From Vibrio cholerae ATCC 14035 (GTDB lineage: Bacteria; Pseudomonadota; Gammaproteobacteria; Enterobacterales; Vibrionaceae), in the NCBI RefSeq assembly GCF_000621645.1, contig NZ_JHXR01000051.1:1-5159 (forward strand): a DNA stretch of 5,159 nucleotides, given 5' to 3'. Positions within the stretch are counted from its first letter, which is position 1, and every line of letters begins with the position of its first letter. Below the pieces are notes generated by a model. That model saw nothing but the letters and a program-made list of their open reading frames with translations, made no database searches and was not told where the DNA came from. The position numbers were made by a program, and so were the translations under genes. This document shows, in pieces, positions 1 to 5,071 of the stretch.

Positions 1-33
1 CGCGTTGACAGTCCCTCTTGAGGCGTTTGTTAG
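1..33 (-). repeat. attC site (VCR-type), partial; only the R''/L'' arm is present because of the window edge
   Basis: 'cgcgttgacagtccctcttgaggcgtttgttag' is identical to the right-hand arm of the full repeats at 535-567, 1719-1751 and elsewhere. Confidence 0.9.
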
Positions 34-444
34 CTTCGTAGCCTATTGTTTAACAATGGCTTTTAACACATTTGTTTGAAAGGCATTTTACGCAAAAGAA
101 TCAAGCAAGCACACGTCCAACGCCAAAAGCTGTGACGTTGGCTACCAAAACTTAAAACGATCAAGGTTAAGTTGGCCACGGTTAAGAGTCCGCGACAAAG
201 AAAGCAAGATCACAGCGATGATGCAGCATTTTGTGAAATCAAACTTTCCGAGCGGAACATCCAACAACGTTGAAGCATCGAGGCTTACTAGTTTTCAGCG
301 ACTTTGCACCCACTGAACTTTCAACACGTTCGACCAAATCAGCATCAAGAAAAGCTCAAAAGCCAAATTGTGCAATTTGAACGCTAAAATCTGAATTTTT
401 AGGACAATTAAACCCAGATTTTGATGATTTTTGCTTTAAGAAGC
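34..444. other. ORF-less integron cassette, copy A; candidate non-coding RNA or regulatory cassette
   Basis: Bounded by attC sites, with no ORF of 60 aa or more in any frame. It is a paralogue of 1218-1628 with the same 410-bp length, including a 67-nt invariant core at 161-227 and a conserved hairpin at 364-379. Confidence 0.6.
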
Positions 445-567
445 TAACGCCCGCCTAAGGGGCTGGCAACGCATAACACTAAACTCAAACGCAACAACTT
501 TAACCACCCCGGCTCAATGGGACTGGAAACGCTACGCGTTGACAGTCCCTCTTGAGGCGTTTGTTAT
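445..567 (-). repeat. attC site (VCR-type), complete, ~123 bp
   Basis: Runs from 'taacgcccgcctaaggggctggcaacgc' to 'gcgttgacagtccctcttgaggcgtttgttat' with imperfectly complementary arms. Boundaries are +/-3 nt. Confidence 0.95.
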
Positions 568-1079
568 GCGGTTAATAGCTTAGACATATACAGCTCATTA
601 ACATACTCACCATCGACAACCAGAGAATGGCGCTTTAAACCCTCAACTTCAAAACCACATGACTCATAGAGCCTTTTAGCTCTCTCATTGTGCTGCATTA
701 CGGTCAACTCTAGCCGGCTATATCCATGAGAAATCGCCCAGCCTTCAAGCTTGTTTACTAATTCTTTTCCAAATCCTTGGCCTTTAACAGCTTGGAGAAG
801 GCCAATGACCAAAGACATGCAGTGTTTATTGCGATTGGCTGTATTACCTACACCGACAATGAAACCAAAAGCCTTTTCATCATTGGTCAGTAAATACATC
901 ACCTTATTAGATGAATCATTGAATGAGTGAATAATTTGGATTTGCTGCTCCAGTGTGGTTGTCCTTTCTTCTGGTTCAAGCAGCATAAATTTAGACTCTC
1001 GATCTAATTGGTACATTAATGACAATACTGACTCTGCATCTTCGACTGTTACTTTTCTAATAATCACTTTTTCATCCAT
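564..1079 (-). CDS. GNAT-family N-acetyltransferase (171 aa, start trimmed to MDEKVIIRK...)
   Basis: The translation has the acetyl-CoA-binding motif A 'LLQAVKGQGFGKELV' (Q/RxxGxG/A) and a motif-B-like 'RLELTVMQHNERAKRLYESCGFEVEG'. The ATG at 1079-1077 is the first start outside the attC. The ORF-track start at 1145 is a TTG inside the VCR. The TAA stop at 566-564 lies within the attC. Confidence 0.9.
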   Translation of the reverse strand: MDEKVIIRKVTVEDAESVLSLMYQLDRESKFMLLEPEERTTTLEQQIQIIHSFNDSSNKVMYLLTNDEKAFGFIVGVGNTANRNKHCMSLVIGLLQAVKGQGFGKELVNKLEGWAISHGYSRLELTVMQHNERAKRLYESCGFEVEGLKRHSLVVDGEYVNELYMSKLLTA

Positions 1080-1094
1080 GCTCAAATAACTGCA

Positions 1095-1217
1095 TAACGC
1101 CCGCCTAAGGGGCTGACAACGCATAACGACCAAACTCAAACACAACAGCCGTAACCACCGCAGCTCATTGGGACTGGAAACGCCACGCGTTGGCAGTCCC
1201 TTTGAGGCGTTTGTTAG
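1095..1217 (-). repeat. attC site (VCR-type), complete; variant right arm 'ttggcagtcccttt'
   Basis: Same repeat as the others. Relative to the majority form 'ttgacagtccctctt' it carries an A>G change and a 1-nt deletion. Confidence 0.95.
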
Positions 1218-1628
1218 CTTCGTAGCCTATTGTTTAACAATGGCTTTCTAACACTTTTGCTTGAAATGCATTTTATGCAAAAGCATCTCTCAAACACACG
1301 TCCAACGCCAAAAGCTGTGAAGTTGGCTGCCAAAACTCAAAACGCTCAAGGTTAAGTTGGCCACGGTTAAGAGTCCGCGACAAAGAAAGCAAGATCACAG
1401 CGATGATGCAGCCTTTTGTGAAACCAAACTTGCCGTGTGGAACATCCAACAACCTTGAAGCATCGAGGCTTGTGGGTTTTCAGCGGCTTTGAACCTGCTG
1501 AACTTTCAACACTTTCTACCAAATCGGCATCAGAAAAACTCGAAAGCCAAGTTGTGAAACTTGAATGCTAAAAGCTGAGTTTTCAAAGTAATTAAACCCA
1601 GATTTTGATAATTTTCGCTTTAAGAAGC
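1218..1628. other. ORF-less integron cassette, copy B; paralogue of 34-444
   Basis: Hand alignment to 34-444 gives about 47 differences, including 2 single-nt indels, over ~411 columns. The invariant core is at 1346-1412 and the hairpin at 1548-1563. There is no ORF of 60 aa or more. Confidence 0.6.
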
Positions 1629-1751
1629 TAACGCCCGCCTAAGGGGCTGGCAACGCATACCACTAAACTCAAACACAACAACCGAAACCACCGCGGTTCA
1701 ATGGGACTGGAAACGCCACGCGTTGACAGTCCCTCTTGAGGCGTTTGTTAG
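1629..1751 (-). repeat. attC site (VCR-type), complete
   Basis: Runs from 'taacgcccgcctaaggggctggcaacgc' to 'gcgttgacagtccctcttgaggcgtttgttag'. Confidence 0.95.
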
Positions 1752-2605
1752 ATTTTCTTTCGCACTAACTCAAAATCATTATCAGACAAGTTGAACTGAA
1801 ACAGTTGAAAATCTATATGTTTGGAATCCCAATGGTGGATTTTTGCAATACTGTTCTGAATAAACTCATCCTCACATTTTGCGCCGAATATTATGCTTTT
1901 GACAGCATCGAATGGGATGTGAAATAAATGTATGTTTCCATTTACTACTTCAGTTGAAGTCTCAAGAGGTAGCTCCATTCGATACTCTTGTTCGTATTCC
2001 CAATCACTTCCTTTCGTTAGAAAGACCTCAGACATCGCCTTTTGCCAAAATAATATTGTTTTCCTACGCTTTGTATATGTGACTTTTAATGGAGTACCTG
2101 CATAGTCAAGCACACCACCAGTTTTCTTATTGGGAATAACTTGATTGAAAAATTTGTGCGAGGTATCGAATTCTATCACATACCCTTTATGGCTATTTCC
2201 ATAGTGTGACCACATCAAAAGACTATCTTCTTTTGCTGATAAACAAAGTATTCCATAAGATTGGTCAATTATATCTCGATATTGTCCATTCGCGACACTT
2301 AGACCAAAAGCATCAATTTCATCTGTTACTTTTTTCACGCGTTTATGGTTACTAGTCAGAAGAAGCCTAATCGCAAATACCTTTATAGACATCGGGATTA
2401 ATTTTATATACCAAGGTTCATTTTGGGGAATTTCCTTTACCAAAACTTCAATATTGTCGAGGATATATTGTTTGGTATTTTCTCCCATAAAGTCGACATA
2501 GCGGGGTAAAAGCTCGAATGGATCATTGAACTGTCCAGGCTGAGTAAACCTTAACATTCCATTCTCAAAAAACTGTGGCAACTCATTCGAAATATATTTG
2601 TACAT
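1748..2605 (-). CDS. DUF2971-like protein of unknown function (285 aa)
   Basis: A long uninterrupted ORF fills the cassette, starting at the ATG at 2605 preceded by 'GGGAAAGTAAGG'. The N-terminal 'FTQPGQFNDPFE' and central 'LLMWSHYGNSHKGYVIEFD' motifs resemble, from memory, the conserved signatures of Pfam DUF2971. The TAA stop at 1750-1748 is embedded in the attC. Confidence 0.85.
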   Translation of the reverse strand: MYKYISNELPQFFENGMLRFTQPGQFNDPFELLPRYVDFMGENTKQYILDNIEVLVKEIPQNEPWYIKLIPMSIKVFAIRLLLTSNHKRVKKVTDEIDAFGLSVANGQYRDIIDQSYGILCLSAKEDSLLMWSHYGNSHKGYVIEFDTSHKFFNQVIPNKKTGGVLDYAGTPLKVTYTKRRKTILFWQKAMSEVFLTKGSDWEYEQEYRMELPLETSTEVVNGNIHLFHIPFDAVKSIIFGAKCEDEFIQNSIAKIHHWDSKHIDFQLFQFNLSDNDFELVRKKI

Positions 2606-2625
2606 CCTTACTTTCCCGAAAAATC

Positions 2626-2748
2626 TAACGCCCGCCTAAGGGGCTGGCAACGCATTATCACTAAACTCAAACACAACAACCATAACCACCGCGGCTCAAT
2701 GGGACTGGAAACGCCACGCGTTGGCAGTCCCTTTGAGGCGTTTGTTAT
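2626..2748 (-). repeat. attC site (VCR-type), complete; same 'ttggcagtcccttt' variant as 1095-1217
   Basis: Repeat alignment. The 60-aa ORF at 2608-2790 is only a read-through of this repeat. Confidence 0.95.
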
Positions 2749-2758
2749 AGCGGTGCTT

Positions 2759-3148
2759 TTAGTTGCCCGTGGACATATGATGTGTTGCACATAGCTTATT
2801 GCCTGCAGGATCTCGTAAATAAGCTAAATACATTTTTCTTTGTCCACTCGTTCTGATACCCGGAGGATCTTCACAAGCAACTCCACCATTTGCTAAACCG
2901 GCTGCATGCCATGCTTCTACTAACTCTGGGCTACTAACTTTGAAGCCAATTGTCATCCCATTACCATGCGTCGCAGGTTCACCATTTACTGGTTTAGTAA
3001 TACCAAGCACACCGTCTTGGTTTATGTAGAGACAGCGGCCTTTAGCGTCAATAACACCCGCCGGATAACCTAACACCGACAATATGGCATCATAGAAAAC
3101 CTTTGACTTTTCAATATCATTTGAGCCGATCATGATGTGACTAAACAT
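2759..3148 (-). CDS. VOC-family (glyoxalase / bleomycin-resistance / dioxygenase fold) protein, 129 aa, start trimmed to MFSHIMIGSNDIEKSK...
   Basis: The N-terminus 'FSHIMIGSNDIEKSKVFYDAIL' and C-terminus 'YLAYLRDPAGNKL' are typical of single-domain VOC proteins. The ATG at 3148 is preceded by 'AAAGGAACAAGT', a Shine-Dalgarno AAGGA about 7 nt upstream. The longer track start at 3193 lacks a ribosome-binding site. Confidence 0.85.
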   Translation of the reverse strand: MFSHIMIGSNDIEKSKVFYDAILSVLGYPAGVIDAKGRCLYINQDGVLGITKPVNGEPATHGNGMTIGFKVSSPELVEAWHAAGLANGGVACEDPPGIRTSGQRKMYLAYLRDPAGNKLCATHHMSTGN

Positions 3149-3176
3149 ACTTGTTCCTTTTGTTGAGCAAAGTCGG

Positions 3177-3204
3177 AATTTACTCTGAGGCATCGATTGA
3201 GCAA
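3177..3204 (-). promoter_or_regulatory. Weak candidate cassette-internal promoter (TTGCTC-N16-TAAATT) upstream of the VOC gene
   Basis: The minus strand reads TTGCTC (3204-3199), a 16-nt spacer, then TAAATT (3182-3177). It sits about 30 nt upstream of the start codon. This is a hexamer match only. Confidence 0.2.
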
Positions 3205-3232
3205 TGTCTAGGTTGAAATGTGAGATAAGCTA

Positions 3233-3355
3233 TAACGCCCGCCTAAGGGGCTGACAACGCATTACACGAAACTCAAACACAACAACCGAAACCACCGCGG
3301 CTCAATGGGACTGGAAACGCCGCGCGTTGACAGTCCCTCTTGAGGCGTTTGTTAT
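3233..3355 (-). repeat. attC site (VCR-type), complete
   Basis: Runs from 'taacgcccgcctaaggggctgacaacgc' to 'gcgttgacagtccctcttgaggcgtttgttat'. Confidence 0.95.
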
Positions 3356-3366
3356 GTTTATTTAGC

Positions 3367-3681
3367 CTAAGATTTCAAACAGTTAAATGCTTCAGCGACT
3401 GTTTCAAACTGAATTTTCGCCAAACAGACTTCCGCTAAACAAAACTCATGACGTTGAATCAATCTAGACGCTTCCTCTGCTGAAATCTGGGTTGAATTTC
3501 CAATCAAGCTAACTGCTGAATCATTTGAAACTATTGAATAGACAAAACCTTCAGAATCAATGACTCGATCGCTCGGACTAACGATCAGATCCACACATTC
3601 GCAATTCAAATCAGCCTCTGAGCCCAAATAAACAAGCTCATCGTCACCATCTAATTTCAGAATACAAGGCCAATTGACCAT
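3367..3681 (-). CDS. Hypothetical small acidic protein (104 aa, MVNWPCILKLDGDDELVYL...)
   Basis: The ATG at 3681 is preceded by 'GGAGAAGTTC', with GGAG about 6 nt upstream. The ORF fills the cassette and ends at TAG 3369-3367. My count is about 18 Asp/Glu against 6 Lys/Arg. The track's 27-aa N-terminal extension is VCR read-through. I have a vague memory of a Vibrio/Shewanella DUF with a similar N-terminus, but I cannot verify it. Confidence 0.7.
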   Translation of the reverse strand: MVNWPCILKLDGDDELVYLGSEADLNCECVDLIVSPSDRVIDSEGFVYSIVSNDSAVSLIGNSTQISAEEASRLIQRHEFCLAEVCLAKIQFETVAEAFNCLKS

Positions 3682-3699
3682 GAACTTCTCCGATAAACA

Positions 3700-3822
3700 T
3701 AACGCCCGCCTAAGGGGCTGACAACGCATAACACCAAACTCAAACACAACAACCGTAACCACCGCGGCTCAATGGGACTGGAAACGCTACGCGTTGACAG
3801 TCCCTCTTGAGGCGTTTGTTAT
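3700..3822 (-). repeat. attC site (VCR-type), complete
   Basis: Runs from 'taacgcccgcctaaggggctgacaacgc' to 'gcgttgacagtccctcttgaggcgtttgttat'. Confidence 0.95.
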
Positions 3823-4038
3823 GCTTAAGCTTCAACACTTTACATTTGAACCAAATCAAGAGTAACCCAATGAAATCATTGGCCAAATTCCGAGTTTCCT
3901 TGAATTAGAACTGGCTAAAATTTCACCTATGAACTGACCAATGCAGGCTTTCATTTAGCAACTAGGCCAATGTGGAAACCCTCTCCGACAAACTCACTCG
4001 CCACGCATGGGCGCGACAACTCAATGAGGCAATAACAC

Positions 4039-4107
4039 TGAAATTTACAGCGACAGACACATTGCTGTTTCATTAGGCAGCGCAAAACAATATTCAATTG
4101 CCGACAG
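4039..4107. repeat. Intra-cassette direct repeat, copy 1 (~69 nt)
   Basis: 'tgaaatttacagcgacagacacattgctgtttcattaggcagcgcaaaacaatattcaattgccgacag' matches 4206-4274 with about 7 differences. Confidence 0.8.
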
Positions 4108-4205
4108 ACTTTAAGCCTGTAAGTAAAGGCACCAGACTGCTCAAAGCGACTTGAGCCAACAAGACTAACCTCGCGCAGACTCAAAAACCTAGTGAAGCAA
4201 CAACT

Positions 4206-4274
4206 CAGAATTTACAGCGCCAGACACATTGCAGCTTCATTAGGCAGCGACAAACAATATTGAATTGCCGACAA
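4206..4274. repeat. Intra-cassette direct repeat, copy 2 (~69 nt)
   Basis: 'cagaatttacagcgccagacacattgcagcttcattaggcagcgacaaacaatattgaattgccgacaa', about 167 nt downstream of copy 1 and in the same orientation. Confidence 0.8.
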
Positions 4275-4336
4275 AACCTGAACGAAATCCCAAAGGAATC
4301 GACATTCACAACCTGCTGATTTTTATGGATTAAGCA

Positions 4337-4460
4337 TAACGCCCGCCTAAGGGGCTGGCAACGCATAACAACTAAACTCAAACACAACAACTGCAACCAC
4401 CGCGGCTCAATGGGACTGGAAACGCCGCGCGTTGACAGTCCCTCTTGAGGCGTTTGTTAG
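4337..4460 (-). repeat. attC site (VCR-type), complete
   Basis: Runs from 'taacgcccgcctaaggggctggcaacgc' to 'gcgttgacagtccctcttgaggcgtttgttag'. Confidence 0.95.
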
Positions 4461-4478
4461 GTGCGGGACCATAAACTC

Positions 4479-4502
4479 AAAAGCTCGCCAAAATTGACGA
4501 GC
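4479..4502 (-). terminator. Weak hairpin plus T-tract downstream of the membrane-protein gene; possible intrinsic terminator
   Basis: The minus strand reads GCTCG-TCAATTTTGG-CGAGC-TTTT. This is only a 5-bp stem with a 10-nt loop, so it is marginal. Confidence 0.2.
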
Positions 4503-4509
4503 CTCTGTG

Positions 4510-4935
4510 CTAGATTCTGCTTTTCAGTTCAGTATAAATATTATCTAGAATATGAAATTCATCTTCCGTCCAACAACGCGCTATTGATACCCAGTAATCA
4601 CCCGTTTCATCTGTACCTTTAAACTCTACTTTCAACTCATACTTTCTCATCGAAACCAAAGCCAAAATCAGAGCAATTAGGAGCGCAAAAAAACCAAACT
4701 CAGGTACAAAAGCCCAAGTCGCTGCTGACAGTAAAATGGCGTATGTTGTCACTTTAACCACGTTATCTTTGAAGCCAAGACGCTTCAGTTCAATACTCTT
4801 GATTTTACTTAAGTGATAACTCTCTTTTTTCACTTTCAGCTCAGATGCTGTTACTTGAAAATCATTAGCCGTGTAGGGTTTACGAAACCGAATAGCATTT
4901 ACTAGCAACTGTACTTTCTCGTTACTTTTTTCCAC
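4510..4935 (-). CDS. Hypothetical small membrane protein (141 aa) with a predicted two-helix hydrophobic hairpin
   Basis: The GTG start at 4935 is preceded by 'GGAGAATAAAG', with GGAGA about 6 nt upstream. The nearby ATG at 4948 is out of frame and gives only an 8-codon ORF. Two adjacent hydrophobic stretches, 'TTYAILLSAATWAFV' and 'FGFFALLIALILALVSM' (about residues 62-96), are flanked by charged soluble segments. The TAG stop is at 4512-4510. Confidence 0.7.
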   Translation of the reverse strand: MEKSNEKVQLLVNAIRFRKPYTANDFQVTASELKVKKESYHLSKIKSIELKRLGFKDNVVKVTTYAILLSAATWAFVPEFGFFALLIALILALVSMRKYELKVEFKGTDETGDYWVSIARCWTEDEFHILDNIYTELKSRI

Positions 4936-5008
4936 CTTTATTCTCCATGTTATTAAAGGTTAGCAAAAACTAATGTAATCATGGTGTTAAAGGTTATTTT
5001 CAAAACGA

Positions 5009-5037
5009 CTTATACATAATCAGGGAGAATGCATCAA
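5009..5037 (-). promoter_or_regulatory. Candidate sigma70-type promoter inside the cassette (TTGATG-N17-TATAAG)
   Basis: The minus strand reads TTGATG (5037-5032), a 17-nt spacer, then TATAAG (5014-5009). It lies in an AT-rich leader of about 135 nt between the upstream attC and the GTG start. Confidence 0.35.
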
Positions 5038-5071
5038 CAAAAATAAAGCCAAACTGTGAATGCAACACACC

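Noticed and set aside
165-186. Two 'GGTTAAG' direct repeats 15 nt apart in the invariant core, resembling the integron core site GTTRRRY on the + strand
   Set aside because: A 7-mer match to a degenerate consensus is expected by chance. It is on the opposite strand from the array's attC cores, and there is no partner inverse-core or palindromic arm nearby.
210-316. Micro-ORFs conserved in length in the paralogous ORF-less cassettes: a 22-aa minus-strand ORF at 210-278 (1395-1463 in copy B), and a plus-strand ORF of 32 aa at 218-316 (29 aa in copy B)
   Set aside because: For the 22-aa ORF, all six codon differences between the copies are non-synonymous (R>G, R>H, S>T, E>A, I>V, N>K). The plus-strand ORF differs in length and shows mostly radical replacements. 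There is no purifying-selection signature, so I treat the cassettes as non-coding.
289-316. Stem 'tcagc...gctga' in ORF-less copy B (7 bp including a G-U pair) as a second conserved hairpin
   Set aside because: The equivalent positions in copy A ('tcagcgactttgcacccactga') pair much less well, and the differences are not compensatory. This gives no support for a conserved structure.
1080-1145. N-terminal extensions of track ORFs into attC sites: 564-1145 (193 aa), 3367-3762 (131 aa), and the first 15 aa of 2759-3193
   Set aside because: The extensions begin inside or across VCR repeats and encode the repeat-derived peptide 'MRCQPLRRAL'. The 1145 start is a TTG codon. Internal ATGs just outside the repeats have better ribosome-binding sites and match where the conserved folds begin. 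An in-repeat ATG start cannot be strictly excluded without proteomics.
2608-2790. 60-aa minus-strand ORF (MQHIICPRATKST...MRCQPLRRALDFSGK) from the ORF track
   Set aside because: It lies almost entirely inside the attC repeat at 2626-2748 and overlaps the end of the VOC gene. It is simply the translation of the VCR. The same 'MRCQPLRRAL' peptide recurs wherever a frame reads through a VCR.
3831-3857. Short similarity between the 3823-4336 cassette ('ttcaacacttt...accaaatc') and ORF-less cassette B (1505-1525)
   Set aside because: It consists only of an 11-mer and an 8-mer with different spacing. That is too short to claim homology by eye, so a proper alignment search would be needed.
3951-4184. 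77-aa minus-strand ORF as a conventional protein-coding gene
   Set aside because: It starts at a TTG with no convincing Shine-Dalgarno sequence. Its composition is low-complexity and Cys/Arg-rich, and its central part is just one copy of the 69-nt direct repeat. Only the micro-ORF idea is retained, as a hypothesis in the findings.
4205-4396. 63-aa minus-strand ORF
   Set aside because: Its first ~20 codons are a read-through of the attC at 4337-4460 (MQLLCLSLVVMRCQPLRRAL...). The remainder is the second copy of the direct repeat. It is not a credible gene as drawn.
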